Origin: Ministeria vibrans ATCC 50519
Taxonomy: Eukaryota; Protista; Filasterea
Length of the DNA stretch: 60,824 nucleotides
Assembly: GCA_943704425.1 (NCBI GenBank)
Contig: CALSCP010002192.1
Span: forward strand, 1 to 60,824
Direction of reading: 5' to 3'
In this document: positions 1-12,635 of the stretch, in pieces
Numbering within the stretch: position 1 is the stretch's first letter
Layout: each line of letters opens with the position of its first letter
Notes under the pieces: generated by a model
The model's database searches: none
What the model saw: only the letters and a program-made list of their open reading frames with translations
Told to the model about the DNA's origin: nothing
Translations under genes and position numbers: made by a program

Positions 1-51
1 AGTGACATATCTCCGCCACCAGGATTCAATTATGCTGACGACCTATTAAAG

Positions 52-508
52 CCTATTGGTAAAGATGCCGTCCAAGTCACAGAGCCCAAGAAGACGAAAG
101 CCCATGCTTGATATCGACGTGGTTGAGGAAGACGAGGAGGAGGCGGCGGTGGAGAAGGATGGAGAGCTGGGCAACGTGGCTGGCGCAGAGGCAGTGACGG
201 AACAGCGTGGCGCGAATGTCGCACTTGTCACACCACGCCCACGACAGGCGAAAGAGACGCTCTCAACGCCACCGCTGTCCGCCGAGAGCACCGCTACTAC
301 GCCGTGCTCGCCAAACAGAACGCGGAGCAGGAGGTCGCTGCAGCACAGGCGCGCACAGGAGCTGGCTCCACTGCGCCTTCCGGTGGTGCTTGAGGCCGTC
401 TCATGCCACCGCCACGAAGACACACCCGACCCACGCGTGCGCCGAGCATCCTTCGACACATGCCCTCACACGCCCGACTCTCCTTCGATGCTCCAATCGT
501 GTCGATGA
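52..508 (+). CDS. Probable 3'-terminal exon of a gene starting left of the window (low-complexity acidic and Ser/Pro/Arg-rich tail)
   Basis: Open frame to TGA at 506-508, preceded by a branch-like CTGAC and an AAG acceptor at ~51, followed by AT-rich sequence with AATAAA. No recognisable domain. Confidence 0.35.
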
Positions 509-646
509 GAAACTACCCAACCCGCACGCAGTTCACAAACGAAATAAATTATTTGTAGCACCATCAAATGAACCAAAGCACAATCATTGTTGAAGTAGTA
601 GAGCGGAAAAAACTAAAAGTACATTAGAGTGGGAGCTAAGTAGGGA

Positions 647-1388
647 TCATGGACCGTGGAGGAAGACATCAAAGGTCGCCCACATGGCAGTGGTCTGAGC
701 GCGCACCCGCTCGCTCGTGCTGTGGTAGTCGACGGCATCAATCTGCCAGACGCCCACGCCGCCTAGTGCATGGTCGTGCGCCACACGCATCTTGAGCGAC
801 AGCGACTGCGGGTCGTCGTACCACAGCTGGTGGCGCGTTCCCTTGCTGTCGACGTAGTTAAACCAGGGCGACTCGAGCTGTGCGTCCCAGTGGCGACCGG
901 GCGCTGTCGCATTGTGCTCAAGCCAATCCATAATGACATCATAGTTGATTTCGTCGCCAGGGCTATCGCTGCATTCGACGCCGCGGAAGGGAATCTTGGC
1001 AATGGGACAGACCGTCTCGTTGGTGGGGTGCACGCACGGGTAGTCGCGCCCATACCAGGGAACGCCAAGGTACAACTTGGACGCGGGAATGCCCAGCTTG
1101 AGGAAGTCACTGATCCCCTGTTGGGCCGTCCACAGAGGGCTGTTCGCTGAGGCAATACACGGCCCCAGAATCTGCGAGCGCGTGTCATAGTCCATGACAA
1201 AAAGAGCGTCGCAGACCTCGGCGAGCGCAGCGTAATCGTAGCACCGTTTGTCGATGCAGCCTGTGTCCCAGGCGACGTCGACCGTCACCCGTGCACCGGG
1301 CACTAGGTGGGAGTACGCCTCTTTTGTCTCGCGAACAAGCGCCGTGTACGCATCGCGTTCGGGAGAGTCCGCCTACGAGTGTGCGTGC

Positions 1389-1469
<81 letters not shown>

Positions 1470-2044
1470 GAGAAAAAGAAACAAAGTGATAGAGAGAGAG
1501 AGGAGAGAAAGAAACAAAGTGAGAAAGGAGAAAGAAACAAAGTGAGAGAGGAGAAAGAAACAAAGTGAGAGAGGAGAAAGAACAAAGTGGGAGGAGAAAG
1601 AAACAAAGTGATAGAGTGAGAAATGACATTACAATTTGTAAGAGAGGCGCTATTTCGGAGGTATACCGCAATGGGAGACTCAACATCGAAGTTGACGCCA
1701 TCGGTAAAGGTCTCGCGGGTCAGCTGGAGCATGGACTCGACGAAGCGCGCGCGGTCTGCGACGGTGGTGAGGTTGGCGACGGGGAAGTCGCCGTGCAGCA
1801 CAACGCGCACGCCGTGCTCGTGCGCCGTGCACACCATTTGCGGATCAAGCGGTCCAAACATGGCCAGCGTGGTCAGTCGCGACCAGTCATACTTTTGCCA
1901 GTTTGTAGTTTTCAGAGCGAATCCGAAAATTTCCTTCTCAGGCACTGTCTGTATCGGCTCACAGAGCGCCGCTGTCTTACACGGGCACCCCGCAGCACTT
2001 ACGTGCGTGCTCAAAAGAGCAACAAGAGCCAATGCAAAAATCAT
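647..2044 (-). CDS. CTBS: Di-N-acetylchitobiase (GH18, secreted/lysosomal), 2 exons
   Basis: Signal peptide MIFALALVALLS, CPC-x4-C N-terminus, catalytic DGVNFDVE, plus FVMDYD, LGVPWYG, WYDDPQSL and GGVGVW motifs. One intron (~1373-1666) is filled with GA repeat and splices in frame to ADSPERDAY. Confidence 0.9.
1391..1620. repeat. (GA)n plus GAGAAAGAAACAAAGTGA minisatellite in the chitobiase intron
   Basis: Directly visible. The same unit occurs at 2680-2950, 35040-35310 and 49655-49870. Confidence 0.9.
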
Positions 2045-2262
2045 TCTCAACAAAATTGTGAAGAAGAAGATTATATTTATTTTGATTATTTTTGCTTTGG
2101 TAGTGGCATCACTCTATTCTCCATTACATTTTGTCTGTAATCATTGACGTACTCTGTCAAAGCGATTCTGGTCCCAAACACAAAAACTCTTTCATTCTTA
2201 ATACGTGGGCGCTTAAAGATGGAGAGAGAGATAGAGAGGAGAAACCAAAGAGGAGAAAGGAG

Positions 2263-2857
2263 CTACTTGGCGTCGAGTTTCTCGAGGGCGTCGGCGAGGA
2301 CGGCCATGTCGCTCTTGATGATGTTGGCCAGCTTGCGCACCTCACCCGTCGACTGGATCACCTCCACGCTTTCTGTGTACGGGTTATAGTGCACCGTAAA
2401 GGGCCGCGAGAGCGTCTTGGCAAATGCACTGTAAGAAGGTTTGAGCAAAATGACAGTGAGAGAGAAAAGGAAAGATAAAAACAAAAAAAAACATACCGAA
2501 TTTTGTTTTGAGCGTCACGGAAGGACTCTGCGCAAAAGTAGAGCGGCTGGGCAGTGGTGACATCGTACGGCGTCTTGGAGGCAACCTCCGGATCAAAAGG
2601 AAGCATCTAGGAGACGCAAGAGAATGAGGAGAGGGGTGTGAGCCGCATTTCGCATGTTTCTGCCTCCCTCCATTCTCCAAACTCTCTCTCTCTATCACTT
2701 TGTTTCTTTCTCCTCTCTCTCTATCACTTTGTTTCTCTCTATCTATCACTTTGTTTCTCTCTCTCTCTCTCCCTATCACTTTGTTTCTCTCTCTCTATCA
2801 CTTTGTTTCTCTCTCTCTCTATCACTTTGTTTCTCTCTCTCTATCACTTTGTTTCTT

Positions 2858-2952
<95 letters not shown>

Positions 2953-3756
2953 ATTTGCAGTACCTGCGGGGGAGTGGTCCACTTCTCGGTGAGTTTGTTG
3001 TTGACAGAGTACTCAAGCTCGTCGACACTAGACAACAGCCCAGCACCGTACGCCTTCACCGATCCCTACAAACACAGTGCGTCCATTCACATGCCATCTC
3101 TTGCTCTTTCCCTCTTCTCAAACACTTCGTTGTCCCTCCTGTCTCACTCACTCTCTCATGTCTTACGTTCTCACGTGTGACACCAAACTCAATGGTAAAC
3201 CAATAGACAGTTGCCTGTACAGAAAAATGAAACAACAACGAGTGCAAGTGAGTCGTTCAAACATCGCTCTGTCCCTGTTCGTACAATGCGGACAATGTCT
3301 TCGTCAGACACACCCAGTGACGCAAGACCTATCTCCTGCGAGAACGCTGCAAAGTCAGGATCGGCAAACAGCGGAACCTATTCAACAAAAGAAGTGTCAG
3401 ACGTCTCTGTCTCTGTCTCTCCTTTCTCCGTACGTGACCGAGCAATTCGTGGCACACATCGGGCTCAGGTGTGTAGAAGGGCTCTGAGTGGTGGCGCAGG
3501 TACTGCGTTGAGTGAAACACTCGAAATGCAAGCCCTACATATATACGTCGAAGTGTAAGACACTCAAGGGACACGGGGGCTTCTCGAATACCGTTGAGGA
3601 AATCGCGGGAGGAGAGAAGACCGGCGACGGGACGCAGACGGAAGCCTGTACAGTCGTGCAGGAAGTTGCTGACATCCTCAATTTGCGGCACATTGTCCGC
3701 GCTGTAACCGCAGTTGTCCTCGAGCAGAGGAAATACGCGCTGTTATAATTCAAAGA

Positions 3757-3801
<45 letters not shown>

Positions 3802-4726
3802 GACAAAGCGTTAAGGACGCTGGTTAAAATGCATTTGCTGTTCACTTACGAGATGTTCACGACACGCAAACTTCTCGTAAAGGCCACGCAGATGAGTGTA
3901 CACTGTTTTCCAAGTCTCCTTCTCGGCTGCGCCAGAACCACGAGTGTGAGTTGAGGAATAGTGCACTTTGCAGCTTACTGTCGGTGTACTCAACGCGAGG
4001 CAGCGGGTCGCCATAGCGGTAGTTCTTCGCAAGCTGGGCGATGATTTGGCGGCGCTCAATGTACACCTTGTCTGTGAAGCCGGGATGGTCTGCTTTGAGC
4101 TCGTGACCCATCGCGAGAATCTTGTTGGCATAGGTGTCGAGGTCGGCGATTTTGCGGGGGAACCATGGAACGGACGACGACCCGTCGCTGTCGTCCATCA
4201 CAATCACGTGGCTGGCCACACCGCTGAGTGCCGACACCAGCTCGGAGACTTCGCCCTTGCTGCGATCTACGAAAACAATTGTGCGAAAAATGCAAAAATC
4301 AATGGATGAAACACACAGTAAACGTGAGAGAGATATGACTCGCTGACACTTTCATACCGAGAGTAACGAAGAAGTCGTAAGAGTTGAACGATTCTTTACT
4401 GGGACGGCTCTCGATGTGAGAGAGCGAGACGCCGTGTTCCTGTGCGACAAAGAGCACAGAGTGCGATATGTTTGAGAGAGCGTTTTTTTTTTTTTTTTTC
4501 TCTGTCATCCCAATGGTTTGGCAGCAGCATGTGCAGAGACGCAACGAGGCACAGCGAAAGGGGATGCAGGGGCGGGCACAGCAGGACGCACCTTGAAGAA
4601 CTGCAGGACGTCGGCGAGCGCACCGGCCGTGGACGTAATGGAGAAGCGGATGCTCACGTTGCGCACGGACGGCGCGCTGTCGATGCTCGAGTTGAGCGCG
4701 TGCGGGGCGTCGCTGGCGATGTCCAT
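2263..4726 (-). CDS. PAH: Phenylalanine 4-hydroxylase with N-terminal ACT domain, multi-exon
   Basis: ACT motif LSHIESRPS; [33 protein letters not shown]; iron ligands in [14 protein letters not shown] and YWFTIEFG; [10 protein letters not shown]; [11 protein letters not shown]. Confidence 0.92.
2680..2950. repeat. CTCTATCACTTTGTTTCT minisatellite plus (CT)n in a PAH intron
   Basis: About 7 visible copies of TATCACTTTGTTTCT followed by (CT)n. Confidence 0.9.
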
Positions 4727-5732
4727 GCTGCGTCACACACAGGTCTTACAACTAAAAAATTTATTCATGAACAACTTTTGCAATGACAAGGGATTATCAA
4801 CAAAACAAAAGGTGATCGCAATGGTACGCCATACCCCAGTAAAGGCTTCGGCCTATGTCACCAATCAGTGAGTGATCAGTCAATCACCATCAACCACGAG
4901 TGAGGGAGTGAGACCGCGCTGAGCCGCTGACCGTCTTGTAAAATAAATTAANNNNNNNNNNNATAATAATAATTATTATGATTTAATCACTAATTTTTCT
5001 CCTCTACAACCGCAAGAGGACAACTGACTACGAAGTACTGAGTAAGCCATCTTTCTCACCTGCGTGTCCAGTCACTCCAGTATATGAGAGAATTGTGTTA
5101 CAGCTTGAAAGAAGTGGCAGCGCCGATGTGAATTGAATGTGAATGGGAAGTGTATGTCACCCAATAGTGGAGCACCTAAGTAGCCACAAGTTTGAAACCC
5201 AAATCGCCACCATCTTCGTGGCGTCTCCTGCCAATACGTTTATTCCTTTGTTAATATTGAGAGCTTGCCTATGAGATTGTGGTGTATTATCCCCCTTGTG
5301 CTTAGTTCGTGTTTAGAGAAAGTGATTTTTGATATTAATTCTTCTTTATATCCTCTGTACTATTTCGAGTCGACTCGTCTCAGAGGGTTAGAATTTAGTG
5401 GTGTTGCTTGGTGGTGGGAGTGTCAAGAATTCGGGTTTCTCTGAGCTGCAACGTGAATTGTAACCCCCCCTGTGGCGAAAATTGAAAAAAAAAAAACTTC
5501 ATTCTTCCTTCATTCCTCCTGTCTCCCCTTCCTTTCAGGACCTCCTCGATTGCTCCTCAATTCCCTTTGGGGGAGGGGGGGGGGAGGGGTGGTCTCTGGC
5601 TGGGAGGAAACTGTTGCCAATTGGTTCTCTTCTTTCTTTGAGTTTTGACTTCGTTTTGACATTCTCCCAAACTCCTCCCTTCCTCCCTAATCTTTTGCTT
5701 GGGGGTTCTCTCTTCTTGGGTTTATAGGAAGA

Positions 5733-6304
5733 ATGCGTTTTTGTCACTTTCTCATCGCTTGTGTGGCGACGATAGCAACGGTGGCGCTCGCTGCAGATGG
5801 TGAGACTGGCCAAACCCGTGCTCGTGCCGAGATATATTGCACTGGAGGAGCTATTGCTTGGGACGACTTTACTGATGGTGCAGTTCCCATTGCCGCCGCC
5901 AATCGCTACATTCGCACATCTTGTGAAGTGCTCAGTACTGGTACGGCCCGCGTATTTAATTGTACTCCCGGATTGTATAAATCCACACTGTTATTTCCTA
6001 TTATCTTCATTTTCCTTACAATGTACAATACAACTTCATTTTAGGTAACACCTTTTGCACGGTGGACGCTATGTCTATGCATGGCGGCGGCACTTGCGAT
6101 GTGTTTGTGTTTATGTTGCCACACCATTTTACGGCATACTGTACGCCACATGCGAGCCCATTGTGTAATATCGGTGACGCTGTCACCGAAACCCCACAGC
6201 CGGCGGGATATACTACCACGAACAATGGAGTCACATGCACGCTGCTATCAATTAAAACGCACGTGATTGGCACGCACACACCGGGCCCCAGCTGTCTTCA
6301 GTAA
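5733..6304 (+). CDS. Small secreted cysteine-rich protein (~155 aa), join(5733..5940,6045..6304)
   Basis: Signal peptide MRFCHFLIACVATIATVALA. A phase-1 GTACGG..TTAG intron (5941-6044) joins two ORFs in frame. The mature part has 8 Cys. Confidence 0.65.
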
Positions 6305-7005
6305 GCGTGCCCTCGCTATTACATTGAAGAATGAAGTTTCAAAGTTTGAAAAGGACTAATTCCGGACTAATTAAACATACAACGTTAACGCTAGTGAGAC
6401 GTCGATTGTGCCATTCACGAGCAACATGACTAGACTATAGCTAACACTCTTTAATTTCCATCAAAGCTCTAGATTTGAAGAATGATCAGGGAATATTACG
6501 GGTGTCCATACATGAACTACTAATTGTAATTGATACTACTATAATAATAATAATTATTATTATTATTATTGTTAATTAATAATAAGAAAAAGAAGAAGAA
6601 GAAGAAGAAGAATACAACCCATTATAATAATATAGTTAATTATTTTATTAATGATACATGTACAGTCACCACGCGAAGACAGCCCCTTAAGCTTGCAAAT
6701 TAAACTCACGAGAGGTAACGGGAGAACATGTACAGTGTCAGGTCAGAGTGCTGTGCCGTCGCTATCCCAGTGAGGCAATCGCAATGGTACGCCATACCCC
6801 CAGTGGGGACTTAGGGCTCTGACACCATGAAGGTGTCTGTCGACAAGGGGTGTAAAGTCGAAGTCGTGGTTGAAGCAATCGGATCGGTGGTCGGCGGCGG
6901 CAAGACCAGGTGGCTGCGGGGCGCTCCCGTGGTACACAGGTGGCGCGAGTCGGCTGCAGGAGCTAACTATAGGGTGGCTGGCGTGCATGTTGTTGTGACT
7001 GTCTG

Positions 7006-7567
7006 TTAGATTATGGGAATAAAGATATGGATGGGTAGGGGGATAAAAAAAACGGGGGGTTCGGGTGAATCACTGGGTGGCGTTGACGGCGACGATGAAA
7101 CATTGTTACATCTCCCCCAGGGGATGAAGTGCTTCATAGTGCGTGTCGTTGGTCGCGCGCAATGCCTCGGCAAGGGTCTTTCCGACCAATGAGTCGTGTC
7201 GGTGTCGGTACACCGCAGGGTGAGCACAGTGGAGCAGAAAGTGTTCTGGGCTCTCCGTGGCCAGCGGTGGCTGTAGTGATTGTTGCTGTTGTTGTTGTTG
7301 TTGTGGTTGTCGGGTGGCTGGGCACATGCAACAGCGGAATGTGTCGACTGTCGCGTTCACAGGAATATCGAAGCGCGCGAAGGCTGAGCCTGTCATACCG
7401 GCGGATGCAGGTGGAGCCCGTGATGAATGCGTTGTAGTGCAGCAGCAGCCGCACTTACCCGGAACTTTTCGGCGTCTTGCTCAGTCAGGTACTTCTTATA
7501 AGTGCTCAGCCGGTCGAACATTATGTCCTTGATCATGAGCGGCGACGGGCTTGTGGGTTCCGAGAGA
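7006..7567 (-). mobile_element. Decayed 3' fragment of a non-LTR retrotransposon ORF2 (CCHC zinc knuckle)
   Basis: CCMC...ESPEHFLLHC matches the C-x2-C..E-x2-H-x4-C knuckle found after RT in LINEs. The reading frame is broken by frameshifts and contains a poly-Q microsatellite. Confidence 0.6.
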
Positions 7568-7568
7568 C

Positions 7569-7569
<1 letters not shown>

Positions 7570-7667
<98 letters not shown>

Positions 7668-7678
7668 TTATNNNNNNN

Positions 7679-7715
<37 letters not shown>
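7570..7715. repeat. (TAT)n, N gap (7672-7678) and (GA)n junction
   Basis: Directly visible. Confidence 0.95.
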
Positions 7716-7718
<3 letters not shown>

Positions 7719-7778
7719 AAGTAATAGACGCACGCACGCACGCACAAAAAAAAGAAAAAAAAAAGAAAAAAAAAATAC

Positions 7779-10700
7779 CTTGCGTCATAGGTGCTCTTGC
7801 GACCGCGGAAGGTCTCGCTGGCAAAGAGTTTCTCGCGCAAAACCCTCTTGCGGCTCGCCGATAGAGAGAGACGGTATTTACGACAGCGCCAGCGATGGTG
7901 CATCTTCTCAAGCTCCTCGGAGACCTTGCGAAGGTTCTTGCGGGGCGTCATCCAGGTACCCTTCGCCGTGGGTGAGTCGCGCGGAAGGGAGCGCGACAAA
8001 CGCGTGAGCCAGAGAAACTTTTGCAGGTTGATCATGAAACGTTTGATGATGGGTGCGGCCCAAGCGCGCGGACGAGCGTAGTTTCGGCAGCGCCATTGGT
8101 GGTGGAGGGAGCGCAAGATGGACGACGTGCGCATCAAGTTGCTTGGGGGCTTCATCCACCGCTTGTCGATGGGCGAGTCGGACGGGAGTGAGCGAGAGAG
8201 TCGCATGAGATACTGATGCTTCTGGAGACCTTGCATGAAGCGTATGATTATGGGGGCGGCATGGGCACGGGGACGCGCGTAGTTACGGCAGCGCCACTGG
8301 TGGTGGATCTTCTGGATGAGATTGCTCAGCTTGCGCAAATTAGACGGGGGCTTCATCCAGCGCTTGTCAATAGGCGAGTTGGAAGGCAGGTTCTTTGCAA
8401 GACGCATGAGGAAGCGGTAGCGCTGCAGGGCCTTCATGAAGCGAATGATGACGGGCGCGGCGGCGGCACGGGGCCGGGCGTAGTTGCGGCAGCGCCACAG
8501 GTGATGCATCGAGCGCAGGAGGTTGTTGGTTTGGCGACAGTTGACGGGCGGCTTCATCCAACGCTTGTCAATGGGCGAGTCAGTGGGCAACGCCACTGAC
8601 AGACGCATGAGGTACTGGTGCTTTTGAAAGGCCTGCATAAAGCGTGTGAGGATGGGCGCGGCCCAGGCACGCGGACGCGCATAGTTGCGACAGCGCCACT
8701 GATGGTGCATGTAGTGCAGCAGGTCGTCAGTCTCGCGCAGGTTGGAGGGAGCTCTCGGCCAGAAGAGATCGGCAGGCGACTCGGAGGGCAACTCGCGCTC
8801 GAGACGTTGCAGATAGAGGCGTTTTTGCAGGGCAAACATGAAGCGAATAAGAATCGGTGCGGCCCAGGCGCGTGGGCGAGCGTACTCTCGACAGCGCCAC
8901 TGGTGATGGATGTATTGCAAGAGGTTCGACGCGGGCATCAGACTGTTGGGGGCGTCGGGCCAGGCATTGTCAATGGGCGAGTCGGAGGGAAGTTCGAGGT
9001 AGAGGCGCTTGAGCCAGCGGTGACGTAACACCTGGCGCAGGAAGCGCTGGATGATGGGCACGGCCCAGACGCGCGGACGGCAGTACTCGCGACAACGCTG
9101 CACATGATGGAGTCGCTGGATGATGCTAGCTGTCGTGGCGAGGCTTCTGGGTGCCGGTGGCCACGAGCAGTCAGTGGGCGACTCGGTAGGCACTTCTTGA
9201 GAGGCGCGCGTGAACCAGCGAACTCGGAGAAGCGCCTTCATGAAGCGTTGCAGGACGGGTGCGGCCTTGGCACGGGGACGCGCGTATTCACGACAACGCC
9301 ACTGATGGTGCATGTACTGGAGAACGTCGCTGCCCATCTTGAGATTGCGGGGCGGCGTAGGCCAGCTGCGGTCAATAGGCGAGCGCGTTGGCAGTTCGCG
9401 AAGGAGCTTTTGGAGGAAGCGAACGCGTTGAAGGGCGGCCATAAAGCGAATGAGAATGGGTGCGGCCTTGGCACGGGGGCGCGCATACTCACGACAGCGG
9501 TAGAGATGAAACATGTCGACGAGAGCCTGGTGACCCGCACTGAGGTTCTTGGGGGCGGTCGGGAAGGCTCGGTCGATGGGTGAGAGGGACGGCCAGGCCT
9601 TGGCGCACCGCTTGAAGTAGAGGTGAAGTTGGAGGCGACGGAAGAAGCGCTGGAGAATGGGCGTGGCCCAGGCGCGGGGACGCGCGTAGCGACGACATCG
9701 CTCCTGGTGGTAGATGTACTCGAGTTCGCTTGAGACATGAGCAAGGTTGCGGGGCGCGATGGGCCACTTCTTGTCGATGGGTGACATGGTTGGCAGGCCC
9801 TCAGACACGCGAGTGAGCCAACGGTAGCGCTGCAGACCCGCCATGAATCGTTGAAGAATGGGCGTAGCCCAAGCACGCGGGCGAGCATAAGCACGACACT
9901 GTAGAGAAATAAGAGGAACGAGAGTGAGACAAGTGAGTCAGAGAAAGAATATTGAACGAAAATTATAACAATAAAACAATAATAATTATATCAATTCTCT
10001 TACGCGCATTTGGTGGTAAATATATTCGATGATATCGGAGGTGCGCTGAAGAGAAGCGGGTGCGTCCATCCAGTGCTTGTCGATGGGAGAGAGAGAGGGA
10101 AGTTGGGTGGAGAGACGCGTGAGGTAGCGGTAGCGCAGGAAGCGACGCATGAAGCGAGTGAGAATGGGAGCCGCCCAAATGCGCGGGCGCATAAAGTTGC
10201 GACAGCGCCACACGTGGTGGAGGTCTTCAAGGAGCAAAGCAGTCTTTTCGAGGGCGGGCGCCGCGGGTGGGTAGGAGTCGTCGAGGGGCGAGTCGCTGGG
10301 CAAGAGACGGGCATACTTTAGAAGGAAGTTGACCTTTTGCCACTGAAGCATGAAGCGCGAAACGATGGGACCAGCCCACTTTTTGAAGCGACGAATGTAG
10401 CGACGCCACGTGAAGTAGCCTCGCACAGCGGCCTGAATCTTGATTGCGGAGCGCTTCATAAGCTTGTAGCGCTGGCGCTGGCGGTAGCCACGCCACTGTG
10501 CCGAAATGAGGATCTGGGCGGCACGCATGTGCTGGTAGTGGCGCCACTGGTACCAGCCACGGTAGACGGCCTGAATAAGCGTCGCAAGACGATGCAGGCC
10601 TTGGCGACGACTATCTTCGAGGTGAAACACCGTGCGCGGCTTGCGCACAAAGACCTTGGTGCGACCAAAGGCAAAGCCCTCGGCGGTGATGCCAAGCTCG

Positions 10701-12208
10701 GCCAAAATGTAGTTGGTGGCCTCACGCGACGGTACACGCTCCCAGTAAGGCCACACGTCGGGAGTGAGCATGCGGTAGCGCTCGACGAAGCGCTCGTAGG
10801 TCTGACGGAATGCAAACCCCGCACGACGCACGCGAACATTCTCGAGAAGACCCAAGTAGCGACACTGGTGACGCACAAGGTCCTCCTCAAACTTGTGGGC
10901 CTTCTTTTCATCGTTGGGTTTGATGCAACGCACGTAGTGGGGCGTCTTACTGAGGAGGTTTTCCATGAGCGACTGCATGCTCACCTTGAACTGAGCGCCG
11001 GCGGTGGGCGGGCGCTTCTTGCTGCCGCCCGAACGATGGAAACCCTTGTCGGAGCGACCGTCTGCGGAGTTCGACGAAGACTCGCCGTCGGGGAAACACG
11101 CCTTGAGGAGCGCATGGTCCGAGTTGAAGCAAGCATTCTTGAGGTCCTTGAAGAGCAAGTCACGGTTCTTCTCGAGAAACCCCTCTGTGTTGTAGTCGAC
11201 GTCGCCAGCGTAGTGCTTGAGTCGGAAGCACGTGTAGGCAATTTGGCGGTTGCGCGACGAACCGTAGCTATCGTAATGGGGGTGCGAGGCGTAGCGTTCG
11301 TCGAGGTCGGCAAGAAAAGCCTCGTCGCTGGCATTGCCGGGTCGCAGGCACATGTCGTCGAGGAGCGCGAGAATGCCCACGGTGGGCTTTTCGATGAGGT
11401 CGCAAATGATGCGGTTGTTGAAGTAGGCGACGGGAGTCCATTCGATGCCCTCGGCTGCGTACTCATCCTGCTCCGACTTGAGCGTGAGCTCGATAAAGAT
11501 TTGTTGGAGCTTCTCGTTGCAGTGGTTGATGACGAACTGCTCAAAGGTGTTCGAGGTAAAAATCTCAAAGCCGTAAATGTCAAGGACGCCAATGCAGCGT
11601 GTCTTCTTGCTCTGCTTGCCAAAGACCGCCTCGCGCGACTTGCGCAGTTTGGAGTTGATACGTTGAATGACCCACGAGAACATACGGTCGTAAATGGCCT
11701 TGGCAAGAGCATCGCGCGCAAACAGCGCCATGGAGTGGTTGAGTGGCGACTTGACCGACTCGCGCACCGTCTCGACCGTGCGGTTTGTCAGTGCTTCCAG
11801 CAGCATGTCAGTTGGGAGTTTGACAAGCGACGCGGCCAGTTCGAGAGCTATGCAGTGACGCATATTTTAATGAGCAGCATGCCGAAGGAAGTAGGGTATA
11901 AATGCACAACTTACATTTGCGGTCGACTGGAACCGCCTGTTCCTCTCCAGTGAAATCAATGTTTCCTATGTGAAGGATGGCGGCAAGAAGCGAAAAGAGT
12001 AGGCTCACTTCGGTCTGATCAAAGCCAATCAGATCGAGTCCGTTCTAAACAAAGCAGGCAATCAGGTTTTGCGCACTGCTCCGTGTTTTCTTCTTTTTAT
12101 ATATCGTTGTACCTTTGTCTCTTTGTAGGCGAGCGTATCGTCAATGGTGGCAACACGCACACAGCCACTGTCACTGAGATAGCGATATTGCATTGGGTCT
12201 CGCTCGAG
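7779..12208 (-). CDS. Class I myosin (Myo1a/b/c-like), partial: motor C-terminal two-thirds, 3 IQ motifs, 12 tandem post-IQ repeats, start of TH1
   Basis: ARDALAKAIY, GVLDIYGFE, CNEKLQQIF, CLRPG, HYAGDVDY, KRPPTAG, HYVRCIKPND, ENVRVRRAGF and FGRTKVF. IQ motifs IQAVYRGW, ISAQWRGY and IQAAVRGY. EKLFASETFRGRKSTY marks the TH1 start. The P-loop exons and most of TH1 are absent from the window. Confidence 0.92.
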
Positions 12209-12249
12209 CTTACAGAAACCTATAAATTATATTATTAGGAAAAATATGA

Positions 12250-12318
12250 AAATAATTATTATAATTATTTTTATTATAATTATTTTTATTATTATTATTA
12301 TTATTATTATAATAATTA

Positions 12319-12417
<99 letters not shown>

Positions 12418-12440
12418 TTATTATTATTACTATTATTCTT

Positions 12441-12501
<61 letters not shown>

Positions 12502-12559
12502 ATAGTATTCTTATTATTATTATTACTATTCTTAGTATTCTTATTATTATTATTATGAG

Positions 12560-12625
<66 letters not shown>

Positions 12626-12635
12626 CTATTATTAT
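12250..12635. repeat. Degenerate (TAT)n array
   Basis: Directly visible; lies where the myosin's upstream intron should continue. Confidence 0.95.

Noticed and set aside
7875-10378. CRISPR-like array from the 201-nt periodicity
   Set aside because: The repeats are degenerate, in frame and protein-coding, in a eukaryote with no cas genes.
10337-11953. 538-aa plus-strand ORF
   Set aside because: Antisense shadow of the GC-rich myosin exon, with no motifs of its own.
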